IMG/VR virus record: IMGVR_UViG_3300028423_000356
Location: 32,001-96,000 of that record
Strand: one strand, 5' to 3'
DNA: 64,000 nt
DNA from: a virus
The translations under genes and the position numbers were made by a program. This document shows positions 20,451 through 30,277 of the stretch, piece after piece (the first letter of the stretch is position 1; each line of letters begins with the position of its first letter). Under the pieces are notes generated by a model. It saw only the letters and a list, made by a program, of their open reading frames with translations. It did no database searches and was not told the DNA's origin.

Positions 20451-22638
20451 CTGTTTAGTTCATATGATGAGGGTGAATGTTACACCCACAGCAGATGCTG
20501 GAACAAATCAATCAGTTGATGAAAATACCACAGTTACATTAGATGGTTCTGGTTCAACTGATCCAAACACTTCTGAAGGTGACGTATTATCATATTCTTG
20601 GACACAAACTGGTGGGACAAGTGTAACACTATCAGATCCAACTTCTGTATCACCCACATTTACAGCACCAAATTTATCTGAAGGTTCTGTAAGTGAAACA
20701 TTAACATTTAGTTTAACAGTTACAGATTTGGAAAATGAATCATCAACAGACACAACACAAGTTGTTGTAAATGAAGTGACTGACGTTGGTCCAACTGCAC
20801 TATACAATATTTCAATTACTGATCCAGATAGTAATACAACAACTTTCAACAATCAAGATAATTCAACCTTTAACGATAGTGATGGTGTATTTGCCGAAAC
20901 ATCTACAAATTCAGGTTCAACTATTATTCTTAATGGTTCCCCATCTTCAGATGCTGATGGTGATTTAATTTCATATGAATGGACACAAATAAGTGGAACA
21001 TCAACATTAATCAGTGGAACATTAACAACAGAAGAAATCACATTTGATATACCAACTGGTTCTGAAGGTGAAAATATTGATATACAATTAACAGTATCTT
21101 CAACAAATGAACAATCTCAAGAAACTAAATCTGATACATCAACTGCAACATTCATTGTAGGTGATTATACAACTTTTAATGGTAGTAGTTCACCAACTGG
21201 TGAGAATCAAGCGCCTATTGCAAATGCAGGTGTGGATCAATCTATCACATATACACCTAATACAAGTTTTACAATTGATTTAAATGGAACGTCTTCAACT
21301 GACTCTGATTTAGGAACATTATCATATCAATGGGATGAAATAACAGGAATATTAACAAGTAATGGTATAAGTATTTCAGATGCAAATACATCAACACCAT
21401 TTGTGTTCTTTGACGGTGGTTTACCAGCGGAAGAATCACCTATAAATTTGGAATTTAGATTAATTGTAACAGATAATGGTGGATTAACAGATTCGGATAG
21501 AAGTTTAGTATCATTAACTGCTGACAATACCCAAAACCAACCACCAATTGCAAATGCAGGTGTGGACGAAACTGTAACTGAAGGAAGCACTGTCACATTA
21601 GATGGTTCAGGTTCCAGTGATTCAGATATTTCAACACTATCTTATCAATGGACACAAATAAATGGTATATCAGTAACTTTAAATAATTCAAATACATCTG
21701 TTGCTTCATTCACTGCACCTCAAGTAACTCAAAATGAAACATTAACATTCAGATTAACTGTTACAGATAGTGGTGGATTATCTTCAACTGATGATGTTGT
21801 AATAACAGTTCAAGAACAAGCGGAAGTGTTGGTTACTAACCAAATAGAATTGACTTCAAAATATAATAGTACGGGTAACCCCAGAATAGTTAATTCTGAC
21901 ACTGTGGGTATTTTATCTAGAGACACATCCATACTAAGAGATTTTTCATCTGTATCTAATGGTTCAATAGAATCAAGACTTTGGGAAATAACAAGTGATG
22001 GTGGAACTGGTGCTTCATTTTTAAATGGTGATGATACATCAGAAATTGTTTACATTTCAATACCAGATGTTACAGGAAGTGGTACACCTATTGATATTAA
22101 ATTAACATTAACTGATGACCAAGGTGGACAACATGTAGGAACAACAACTTTAGTAGCAACAGATTTCCAAGCGTATGCAACTGTTAACACACAAGGTACA
22201 CCAGATCCGAATGAAAATGAACCAGTTAATCTTCTGGCAACAACAACAATATTCTCAGCAGCAGGTTCATTATACTCATTATCAGCTAATTTACCTAATA
22301 TTGAGGTGACTAATGTTGATTGGACACAAACTCAAGGGACTACTGTTACATTAACTAAAATAACACCATCAAATCAAGATACAGTTGACCCATTCTATGA
22401 TCCCCAAGAACCTATATACCCATCTGGTTACGATGAAACTCAAACTTTAAGTAGTGCTTATCCACCAACTTCTGGAGAAGGTGGTGCAGTAACACTCACA
22501 ACACCAAACATACCAGGAACGGAAACACAACAGGAGATTATAGATTTTAATGTGTCAATGACAACTCCTTATGGCGAATTAACTGCAACAACATCAGATA
22601 TAACTGTTATAAATCCTGATTATATACCCCCAGAATAA
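19729..22638 (+). CDS. Fibre/adhesin with two collar domains and several PKD/Ig-like repeats
   Basis: Two GW..CDG.NGTPDLRDRF...HENRPPYY units, then P.A(D/N)AG.D/NQ.V...V.LDGS.S.D...LSY.W.Q..G repeats. Confidence 0.8.
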   Translation: MAETTTSNVPLGGIIIWSGSFETIPDGWGVCDGANGTPDLRDRFVQSNGNIYNVGDIGGANEVTLNINQIPPHSHDVPKGNTGGGIGVQNGPLTGGTLTTQSTGGGQPHENRPPYYALYYIMKLFDSEIDIVIIPSNGIILWPNTIGSIPSGWVFCDGNNGTPDLRDRFVVGAGNNYFVGNTGGVSEVTLNINQIPPHSHDVPKGTVDGGEGVQNGPLTAGVVTSQSTGGGQPHENRPPYYCLVHMMRVNVTPTADAGTNQSVDENTTVTLDGSGSTDPNTSEGDVLSYSWTQTGGTSVTLSDPTSVSPTFTAPNLSEGSVSETLTFSLTVTDLENESSTDTTQVVVNEVTDVGPTALYNISITDPDSNTTTFNNQDNSTFNDSDGVFAETSTNSGSTIILNGSPSSDADGDLISYEWTQISGTSTLISGTLTTEEITFDIPTGSEGENIDIQLTVSSTNEQSQETKSDTSTATFIVGDYTTFNGSSSPTGENQAPIANAGVDQSITYTPNTSFTIDLNGTSSTDSDLGTLSYQWDEITGILTSNGISISDANTSTPFVFFDGGLPAEESPINLEFRLIVTDNGGLTDSDRSLVSLTADNTQNQPPIANAGVDETVTEGSTVTLDGSGSSDSDISTLSYQWTQINGISVTLNNSNTSVASFTAPQVTQNETLTFRLTVTDSGGLSSTDDVVITVQEQAEVLVTNQIELTSKYNSTGNPRIVNSDTVGILSRDTSILRDFSSVSNGSIESRLWEITSDGGTGASFLNGDDTSEIVYISIPDVTGSGTPIDIKLTLTDDQGGQHVGTTTLVATDFQAYATVNTQGTPDPNENEPVNLLATTTIFSAAGSLYSLSANLPNIEVTNVDWTQTQGTTVTLTKITPSNQDTVDPFYDPQEPIYPSGYDETQTLSSAYPPTSGEGGAVTLTTPNIPGTETQQEIIDFNVSMTTPYGELTATTSDITVINPDYIPPE

Positions 22639-22646
22639 TATAAATA
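22639..22646 (+). promoter_or_regulatory. T4-type late promoter TATAAATA
   Basis: Exact consensus immediately after the stop codon. Confidence 0.75.
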
Positions 22647-22658
22647 AAGAGAAAAACA

Positions 22659-23012
22659 ATGGCTAAATACGACGAATTTGAAATAGATCAAGGAGCAGAC
22701 TTCGCAATGGAAATTCATCTTGAAGAACAAGATGGAACCGTTAAAGATTTATCAAATTATTTCGTGGAGGCAAAAGTTAAAAGAACATACAATTCTGATA
22801 GTGATAATACATTTAATTTTAATGCTATAATTGCTGAACCTGAAACAGATGGTATTATTACATTGGAGTTAAACAATCAACAAACAGATACTATGAAAAA
22901 AGGTAGATATGTTTTTGATGTAGAAATATCATTCATAGACAGTGATAACAACACAATTATAGAACGTGTGTTAGAAGGTGTGATGAATGTAAAACCATCA
23001 GCAACGAGGTAG
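22659..23012 (+). CDS. Small virion structural protein (fibre adaptor-like)
   Basis: IDQGADF...G.ITLEL...QT..MK.GRYVFDVEI...RVLEG...V.P..TR pattern common in T4-like fibre regions. Confidence 0.65.
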   Translation: MAKYDEFEIDQGADFAMEIHLEEQDGTVKDLSNYFVEAKVKRTYNSDSDNTFNFNAIIAEPETDGIITLELNNQQTDTMKKGRYVFDVEISFIDSDNNTIIERVLEGVMNVKPSATR

Positions 23013-23016
23013 AAAA

Positions 23017-23241
23017 ATGAGTTCAAGAAGAATATCTAAACCAGTTGTTAGAAAAGTTGTTGTTGGTACACCAGTTAGAAGAGTGAAATCAGTTCAGGGT
23101 GTTGAAAATCTTAACGAATTAAAAGATGTAAATTCAAACACTCTTACAGATAATGCTGTTCTAATATGGGATGAAGAAACAGAAAAATGGATACCCAAAA
23201 CTGAACTAAATGGCCAAATAATCAGTGGTGGGGAATATTAA
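23017..23241 (+). CDS. Small fibre-associated protein
   Basis: L.ELKDV...AVLIWD....KW; ends ISGGEY. Confidence 0.6.
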   Translation: MSSRRISKPVVRKVVVGTPVRRVKSVQGVENLNELKDVNSNTLTDNAVLIWDEETEKWIPKTELNGQIISGGEY

Positions 23242-23271
23242 TATATTAATAAAAATTTATAGGAGAATATT

Positions 23272-24819
23272 ATGGCTTCAACAATTCTAATTAAGCGTTC
23301 CCAGTCAGCAGTTGCACCAAGTGTACTGAATTATGGTGAAATGGCTTACTCATTTGGATTAGAAAGACTTTATGTCGGTGATTCAGATGGAACAATAAAA
23401 ATTATTGGTGGTAAATCATTTACAGACTTACTAGACCACACACCAGGAACCCTTACAGCAAGTTCTGCATTGTTAGTAGACGCACAAGGTAAAATAGATA
23501 CATTACTTGTAGATGACTTAACACTGGATAGTAACGAAATTTCTACTCCAAATGGTGTAGATCTTGTTCTTAATTCAGGTAACAATGTTGATGTTAAAAA
23601 CACCAAAATTGTAAATCTAATTGACCCAACTAACAATCAAGATGCAGCAACCAAAGCATATGTAGATAATAGTGTAGGTGGATTATCAGCATCTTTAACA
23701 ATTACAGATGGAACTAATTCAGATACAGTTTCATTAGCAGATTCAGATTTATCACTTGTTGGTGGTACAGGATTAACTTCAAATGTTTCAGATAATACTG
23801 TAACATTCAATCTTGAAGACACTTCAGTTACAGCAGGAACTTACGGTAACTCAACAACAGTAGAAATTCCAATTATCACTGTTGATGCACAAGGTCGTAT
23901 CACATCCGCTTCAACTTATAATATTCCACCACTAACAATTAATGTTAATGATGGAACCGATTCAGATACCATTGATTTAATCGATTCTGATTTATCATTT
24001 GTTGGTGGAACTGGTATAGATGTTACATTAAACTCTGGAACAAACACTTTTAACATTTCAGGTAATGATGCAACAACTACTACAAAAGGTATTGCATCAT
24101 TTAACTCTTCAGATTTCTCTGTTGTTGCAGGTGCAGTATCAATTGCAGATGGTGGCGTATCAAATACACAACTACAAAACTCATCATTCACATTAGGAAC
24201 AGATGTAGTTAATCTTGGTGATACAATCACTGATATTAATGGTCTAACAAGTTTAGATGTTGATAATCTAACTCTTGATGGCGCAACAATAACTTCATCA
24301 ACAGGAACAGTAACAGTAGGTGATAATTTAATTGTTAATGGTGATTTACAAGTTAATGGAACACAAACTGTTGTGAATTCAACTGTAGTAGAAGTTGAAG
24401 ATATCAATATCGAGATTGCAAGTAACGTTTCTGCAGATTCAGATTCATTAGCAGATGGTGCTGGAATTACAGTTGGTGATAATGTTGCAAATGTGACTTG
24501 GAATTATGGTTCAGGTAATTCATTCTGGGATATTTCCAACCCACTAATGGTAACATTAAATGGTGCAACTAATCAAGATGCAATAAATGTTAGAGATTCT
24601 GCTGGTGACACATCACCAACTTCATTCTTTGAAATTATATTAACAGAAGGTTTCTTAGCAGGTGAAGGTATTGATTTATCTTATTCAGCAAACCAGTTAA
24701 CAGTTTCAGCTGAAGTAGCATCAACAACAAATCTTGGTGTTGCGTCTTTCGATTCTGATGATTTCAATGTTAATAGTGGTGTAGTTACACTCAACACAAT
24801 TGATGGTGGAACTTACTAA
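23272..24819 (+). CDS. Tail fibre/whisker-like structural protein
   Basis: ILIKRS...P..L.YGEMAY N-terminus; DPTNNQDAATKAYVD; VDAQGRITSA; ends IDGGTY; RBS aggag. Confidence 0.75.
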   Translation: MASTILIKRSQSAVAPSVLNYGEMAYSFGLERLYVGDSDGTIKIIGGKSFTDLLDHTPGTLTASSALLVDAQGKIDTLLVDDLTLDSNEISTPNGVDLVLNSGNNVDVKNTKIVNLIDPTNNQDAATKAYVDNSVGGLSASLTITDGTNSDTVSLADSDLSLVGGTGLTSNVSDNTVTFNLEDTSVTAGTYGNSTTVEIPIITVDAQGRITSASTYNIPPLTINVNDGTDSDTIDLIDSDLSFVGGTGIDVTLNSGTNTFNISGNDATTTTKGIASFNSSDFSVVAGAVSIADGGVSNTQLQNSSFTLGTDVVNLGDTITDINGLTSLDVDNLTLDGATITSSTGTVTVGDNLIVNGDLQVNGTQTVVNSTVVEVEDINIEIASNVSADSDSLADGAGITVGDNVANVTWNYGSGNSFWDISNPLMVTLNGATNQDAINVRDSAGDTSPTSFFEIILTEGFLAGEGIDLSYSANQLTVSAEVASTTNLGVASFDSDDFNVNSGVVTLNTIDGGTY

Positions 24820-24826
24820 TTTCGGT

Positions 24827-24834
24827 TATAAATA
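24827..24834 (+). promoter_or_regulatory. T4-type late promoter TATAAATA
   Basis: Exact consensus, intergenic. Confidence 0.75.
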
Positions 24835-24846
24835 GTAATATAACTT

Positions 24847-24871
24847 AAGGGGAGTTTTTACTCCCCTTTTT
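24847..24871 (+). terminator. Rho-independent terminator
   Basis: aaggggag-ttttta-ctcccctt followed by T-run. Confidence 0.8.
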
Positions 24872-24900
24872 AGAATTAACCTTTTTTAAGGAGTTAGATA

Positions 24901-25515
24901 ATGTCAAATATAATATTAAAAAAATCTTCAGTTACAGGTAAAATACCAGGTATTGATGATTTGAACTATGGTGAATTAGCAATAAACTATCAAGATGGTA
25001 AAATATTTTATAAAACCGCTTCAAATGAAATAAAATCTTTTTTAGATTCAGATAACATTGAACAATTAGTTAATTACGCCAATGTTAATTTTGGTATAAA
25101 TTTAGGAAGTGATTCAAATCAACCTTTAGACTACTATGATGAAAATACTTTTACACCTGAAATTGTAAATAATAGCATATCTTACAACGTCCAAAATGGT
25201 GAATACACAAGAATAGGTAATATGGTTCACGTTGATATTACAATTGATGTATCATCATTAGATAAAACTGATACTTCAACATTTAAAATTAACGCTTTAC
25301 CATTTTTACCAAAATCAGATATAAACCCTTTAATGTATACAGTGAATGCTGGTAGGAGTAATTTATTAAATGGTCCACTAGAGTTAGAATTTGAATCTGA
25401 TAATAGTAGTTATTTACTAGGAACATCACAAAGTGGGGTTTTTGTGAGTTATGATGAATCGACTTTCAATTCTTCTGGTCAAATTTTTCTATCCCTTTCA
25501 TATAGAACTTCGTGA
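24901..25515 (+). CDS. Short fibre-like protein
   Basis: IILKKSSV.GK.P...L.YGELAINY.DGK.FYK N-terminus paralogous to 23272; LDYYDE.TFTP...G.YTRIG.MV. Confidence 0.7.
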   Translation: MSNIILKKSSVTGKIPGIDDLNYGELAINYQDGKIFYKTASNEIKSFLDSDNIEQLVNYANVNFGINLGSDSNQPLDYYDENTFTPEIVNNSISYNVQNGEYTRIGNMVHVDITIDVSSLDKTDTSTFKINALPFLPKSDINPLMYTVNAGRSNLLNGPLELEFESDNSSYLLGTSQSGVFVSYDESTFNSSGQIFLSLSYRTS

Positions 25516-25527
25516 TTAATTTTTAAT

Positions 25528-25535
25528 TATAAATA
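25528..25535 (+). promoter_or_regulatory. T4-type late promoter TATAAATA
   Basis: Exact consensus upstream of gp13. Confidence 0.8.
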
Positions 25536-25563
25536 ATTTAAAACAACTTAATAGGAATAAAAT

Positions 25564-26322
25564 ATGGCACAACCAACATCAAGAGATACATTGATAGAAT
25601 ATTGTTTAAGAAGACTTGGTGCTCCAGTATTGGAAATTAATGTCGATCCCGATCAAATTGATGATAAAGTTGATGATGCTCTACAAACATATAGACGTTT
25701 CCATTCTGAAGGAACATATAGAACTTATATATCTACTGAATTAACAGATAGTGATGTTGATAATAGATATATTGAACTACCTTCAGATGTGATGTATGTA
25801 ACAAGAGTGTTCCCAATGTCCGTAACGGGTGGTTCACAATCAAGAAACTTTTTTGATGTTAAATATCAAATTATGTTGAATGATATAACATCAATGCATT
25901 CTTATATAGGTGACTTGGCGTATTATGAACAAGTTATGCAATATCTTTCATTGATAGATATGAAACTATCTGGTTCTATTCAAGCTGATTATTCAAGAGT
26001 TCAGAATAGATTGTATATTTATGGTGAATTCGCTAATAAAGATATGGAAGCAGGAGATTATGTAGTTGTTGAGGTGTTTAGGGCACAAGATCCACAAGAA
26101 GCAACTAAGATATGGTCTGATTCTTTTATAAAGGATTATACAACCGCACTTATAAAACAACAGTGGGGTATGAATATGATGAAATTTGAAGGTATGCAAC
26201 TTCCAGGTGGTGTACAATTCAGTGGTCGTCAATATTATGAAGATGCAACTGAAGAACTACAAATGTTAAGACAAAGAATGCGTGATGAATATGAGTTACC
26301 ACCTGATTTCTTGGTTGGATAA
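25564..26322 (+). CDS. gp13: Neck protein gp13
   Basis: LIEYCLRRLGAPVLEINVD..Q; ALIKQQWG.N..KF.G.QLPGGV. Confidence 0.95.
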   Translation: MAQPTSRDTLIEYCLRRLGAPVLEINVDPDQIDDKVDDALQTYRRFHSEGTYRTYISTELTDSDVDNRYIELPSDVMYVTRVFPMSVTGGSQSRNFFDVKYQIMLNDITSMHSYIGDLAYYEQVMQYLSLIDMKLSGSIQADYSRVQNRLYIYGEFANKDMEAGDYVVVEVFRAQDPQEATKIWSDSFIKDYTTALIKQQWGMNMMKFEGMQLPGGVQFSGRQYYEDATEELQMLRQRMRDEYELPPDFLVG

Positions 26323-26333
26323 AGGAATAGATT

Positions 26334-27194
26334 ATGGCAAGAAATTTTTATTTTTCACAAGGTGTAAAATCTGAACAAAATCTTTATGAAGATTTAATTA
26401 TAGAATCTCTTAAGATTTATGGTCAGGATGTATATTATTTACCACGTGAAATTGTTGATGAAGATAAACTTTTGGGTGAAGACGATCCATCAAGATTTGA
26501 AGAATCTTATAAAATTGAAATGTATATCGAAAACACAGAAGGTTTTGAAGGTGAAGGTGATTTGTTTACTAAGTTTGGTATAGAGATAAGAGATCAAGCA
26601 TCATTTATAGTTTCACGTAAAAGATGGAGAAATACTGTTGGTGATAACAGTAATACCATAGAGATAGATAGACCAAGAGAGGGTGATTTAATATATTTAG
26701 AATTATCACAATCATTATTTGAAATAAAACATGTTGAAAATGAAACACCATTCTACCAGTTAAAAAACCTACCAACATTCAGAATGCAATGTGAACTATT
26801 TGAGTATACAAATGAAGACTTTGATACAAATATTGAAGAAATAGATGATATAGATAATAGATATGCATATGAATATGTATTGGAAATGGAAACTAATGAT
26901 TATGAATTCCAAGTAGGCGAAGATATTAATCAGTTTTTACCATCTGGTATAACAATGTCTGGTGAAGTATCTCACTGGAATCCAGAAACAAGAATATTAA
27001 GAGTTATACACGTTGGTGCTGATGATGGTGATTATCACGAATTGGTATCACAAGTTCCTATTAATGGTATTAATGTATTGAATGTATCAGAAGATTTACA
27101 ACAAACCGATACAGAACAAAACCAAATAATATCTGATGATGCAATAAATATTTTAGATTTCAGTGAAACAAATCCGTTTGGAGAACCAGAATAA
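26334..27194 (+). CDS. gp14: Neck protein gp14
   Basis: EQ.LYEDLIIESLKIYGQDVYYLPR; RPREGDLIY; ends DFSETNPFG. Confidence 0.95.
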   Translation: MARNFYFSQGVKSEQNLYEDLIIESLKIYGQDVYYLPREIVDEDKLLGEDDPSRFEESYKIEMYIENTEGFEGEGDLFTKFGIEIRDQASFIVSRKRWRNTVGDNSNTIEIDRPREGDLIYLELSQSLFEIKHVENETPFYQLKNLPTFRMQCELFEYTNEDFDTNIEEIDDIDNRYAYEYVLEMETNDYEFQVGEDINQFLPSGITMSGEVSHWNPETRILRVIHVGADDGDYHELVSQVPINGINVLNVSEDLQQTDTEQNQIISDDAINILDFSETNPFGEPE

Positions 27195-27949
27195 TGTTAG
27201 GCACTTATTTTTATCATAAAAGAATACGAAAATCAGTTGCAGTGTTTGGTTCACTGTTCAACAATATATACGTGTTGCGTTCAGGAGCAAATGGTGAAGT
27301 ATTCAACCAACAAAAAGTTCCTTTATCTTATGCTCCTCGTGAAAAATTCTTAGATAGAATTAGAGAAAATGAAGATTTACAATCAGACACTAAAGTTGCA
27401 GTAAAATTGCCCAGAATGTCCTTTGAAATGTTGGCAATTGATTATGACCCTCAAAGACAACTACCAAAAACAAATAAATTTAAAAGATTAAATGAAGAAT
27501 ATGGTCCAGCAAATATATACACACCAGTTCCATATAATATAACATTTCAATTAAATATATTAGCAAAACAACAAGAAGATGCTTTACAAATTGTGGAACA
27601 AATAATACCATTTTTTAATCCACAGTATTCTGTTTCTATTAAACCCATTGATGAATATCCAGAATTAATTGAGGATACACCAATTATATTGAATGGTGTT
27701 ACATTTTTAGATGATTATGAGGGAAGTTTAGAAGATAGAAGAACTATTTTATACACTTTAGATTTTACTATGAAAATTAATTTCTATGGTAGTATTGATA
27801 CTAATGAAACATTGATTACTAAGTCAATAGTTGATATACAAGATACAAGAGATGGTAGTGGTTCAAGGATAACAGTAGTTCCAGACCCTGCAGATGCTTC
27901 ACCTGACAGTGACTACGGATTTAATGTTACAATCGATCCTATTGAATAA
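27194..27949 (+). CDS. gp15: Tail sheath stabilizer/completion gp15
   Basis: YFYH..IRK.V..FGSLFNNI; KVPLSYAPREKFL; LPRMSFE; DALQIVEQIIPFF.P. Confidence 0.95.
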   Translation: MLGTYFYHKRIRKSVAVFGSLFNNIYVLRSGANGEVFNQQKVPLSYAPREKFLDRIRENEDLQSDTKVAVKLPRMSFEMLAIDYDPQRQLPKTNKFKRLNEEYGPANIYTPVPYNITFQLNILAKQQEDALQIVEQIIPFFNPQYSVSIKPIDEYPELIEDTPIILNGVTFLDDYEGSLEDRRTILYTLDFTMKINFYGSIDTNETLITKSIVDIQDTRDGSGSRITVVPDPADASPDSDYGFNVTIDPIE

Positions 27950-27964
27950 ATAAAGGAGAATGAT

Positions 27965-28144
27965 ATGATTGATAAAGAATTAAGAGAAGAAAGACTAAGA
28001 GTATGTGAAACTTGTGAATTTTATAATGATAAAAGAACTATAGCAGGATTAAGAGATGTTAGATGTGATGCTTGTGGATGTAATCTAAAATTAAAAGCAT
28101 ACATAAAAATGTCTAAATGTCCAAAAGATAAATGGAAAAGATAA
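27965..28144 (+). CDS. 59-aa Cys-rich putative metal-binding protein (absent from ORF track)
   Basis: RBS aaggag; MIDKELREERLRVCETCEF...RCDACGCNLKLKAY..MSKCPKDKWKR; stop abuts the gp16 ATG. Confidence 0.8.
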   Translation: MIDKELREERLRVCETCEFYNDKRTIAGLRDVRCDACGCNLKLKAYIKMSKCPKDKWKR

Positions 28145-28555
28145 ATGACTAAAGATTCTGATAATACTCAAGTTACATTAATTGAAGAGGATAAAACTGC
28201 TCAAGAAGATATTGAGTTTGTTAGAAATTCATATTACAATCTCATAAACTATGGAAATGAAGCACTTGAAGAAATGATAGAAGTTGCCAAATCAACAGAA
28301 CATCCTCGTGCTTATGAAGTGTTATCAAATATGTTGAAACATGTTTCAGAACTTAATGGAAATCTACTAGATTTACATAAAAAGAAAAAAGAAATAAATA
28401 AAGAAGAACAAGAAAAAATATTAGAAAATAATAAAACAACCAATAATTTATTCGTAGGTTCAACAACCGAACTACAAAAAATGTTATCAAAGGTGAATGA
28501 TGATAACAATAATTCTCAAGAAGATATTATTGATGTAACACCAGAAGAAGATTAA
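28145..28555 (+). CDS. gp16: Terminase small subunit gp16
   Basis: EHPRAYEV; NNLFVGSTTELQKML. Confidence 0.9.
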   Translation: MTKDSDNTQVTLIEEDKTAQEDIEFVRNSYYNLINYGNEALEEMIEVAKSTEHPRAYEVLSNMLKHVSELNGNLLDLHKKKKEINKEEQEKILENNKTTNNLFVGSTTELQKMLSKVNDDNNNSQEDIIDVTPEED

Positions 28556-28556
28556 T

Positions 28557-30179
28557 ATGAATGAAAGAAGTGATTCATACTTAGGTAATCCAAATGTTAA
28601 ACGTGATGGTGTGTCAACACCATTTACCCAAGAACAAATCTTGGAATACAAAAAATGTATGGATGACCCAGTATATTTTGCAAAAAAATATTGTAAAGTT
28701 GTTTCTCTTGATGAAGGTCTCATAGATTTTGATCTATATCCTTATCAAGAAAAAATGTTTAATCAATTTAATGAAAATAGATTTAATATTGTATTAGCTT
28801 GTCGTCAGTCAGGTAAATCAATTTCTTCAGTTGCATATCTCTTGTGGTTTGGTATTTTTCATTCTGAAAAAACAATCGTAATTCTTGCCAACAAAGGTGC
28901 AACTGCAAAGGAAATGTTAGCAAGAATTACCATAATGCTTGAAAATTTACCTTTTTTCATTCAACCTGGATGTAAAGCATTAAACAAACACACAATAGAA
29001 TTTTCCAATAATTCAAGGATAGTTGCTGCAGCAACATCAGCATCATCAATTCGTGGTATGTCCGCTTCATTACTTTATTTGGACGAATTTGCTTTCGTTG
29101 AAAATGCATCTGAATTCTATACATCCACTTATCCAGTTATCACGTCAGGTAAAAGCACAAAGGTTATTATAACATCAACGGCAAATGGTGTAGGCAACAT
29201 GTTCCATAAATTATGGGAAGGTGCTGTTCAGGGTGTTAATGAATACATACCATTTAGAGTAGATTGGTGGGATGTTCCTGGGAGAGATGAAAAATGGAAA
29301 GAACAAACTATTAATAATACATCTGAAATACAATTCGACCAAGAATTTGGAAATACATTCTTTGGAACAGGTGATACCCTTATTGAGTCATCCGCTCTTT
29401 TAGAACAAAAAAGGATGCATTATAAACACCTATTGGAAAATAATTGTTTAAGAATATATGAAGAACCAGAAATAGGACATGAATATATAATGACAGTTGA
29501 TGTATCAAAGGGTGTTGGGGGTGACTATTCAACATTTAATATAATAGATGTTACATCAAGACCATTTAGACAAGTTGCAGTATATAGAAATAATAAAATA
29601 TCACCTGTGTTATTCCCAAATATAATTGTTAAGTATGCTGAAAAATATAATAAATGTTATGTTGTAGTTGAAAACAATGATCAGGGTGCTGTTGTATGTA
29701 ATGGTATATATTTTGATTTAGAATACGAAAATTTCTATATGGAATCATCAACAAAATCAACAGGTTTGGGTGTAACTATGAATAAAAAAGTGAAAAGACT
29801 TGGTTGTTCAGCGATTAAAGATATTGTTGAAAATCGCAAAATAAATATTGTTGACGATGAAACCATCATAGAAATGTCAACCTTTGTCTCGAAAGGACAT
29901 TCATTTGAGGCATCTCAAGGTAATCACGATGATTTAATGATGAATCTTGTATTGTTTGGGTATTTTACTAACACACAGTTTTTTGGTGATTTAATAGGTG
30001 TTAATATGAAATCGGTATTATTTGATAAAGAAGTTAATGAAATAGATGAAAACATAGTTCCCTTTGGTTTTATTGATGATGGATTAGATGATGCACTAAC
30101 AGCTGAAGAACATTTGGAAAGAACATATGATTGGTCATTAAATACGGTTTATGAGACTGAAGAATGGGGTAATTTTTAA
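28557..30179 (+). CDS. gp17: Terminase large subunit gp17
   Basis: YLGNPNVKR; Walker A RQSGKS; Walker B LYLDEFAF; HDDLMM. Confidence 0.97.
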   Translation: MNERSDSYLGNPNVKRDGVSTPFTQEQILEYKKCMDDPVYFAKKYCKVVSLDEGLIDFDLYPYQEKMFNQFNENRFNIVLACRQSGKSISSVAYLLWFGIFHSEKTIVILANKGATAKEMLARITIMLENLPFFIQPGCKALNKHTIEFSNNSRIVAAATSASSIRGMSASLLYLDEFAFVENASEFYTSTYPVITSGKSTKVIITSTANGVGNMFHKLWEGAVQGVNEYIPFRVDWWDVPGRDEKWKEQTINNTSEIQFDQEFGNTFFGTGDTLIESSALLEQKRMHYKHLLENNCLRIYEEPEIGHEYIMTVDVSKGVGGDYSTFNIIDVTSRPFRQVAVYRNNKISPVLFPNIIVKYAEKYNKCYVVVENNDQGAVVCNGIYFDLEYENFYMESSTKSTGLGVTMNKKVKRLGCSAIKDIVENRKINIVDDETIIEMSTFVSKGHSFEASQGNHDDLMMNLVLFGYFTNTQFFGDLIGVNMKSVLFDKEVNEIDENIVPFGFIDDGLDDALTAEEHLERTYDWSLNTVYETEEWGNF

Positions 30180-30196
30180 TTGTATTTTCTTAAAAA

Positions 30197-30210
30197 TATA
30201 AATATAAATA
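30197..30210 (+). promoter_or_regulatory. Two overlapping late promoters TATAAATA
   Basis: tataaatataaata upstream of gp18. Confidence 0.8.
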
Positions 30211-30277
30211 TGAAAAACGAAATTGAATTCCTTATAATGATAAAACTTATAATTAAAACTCTAGAGAGGTAAAAACA

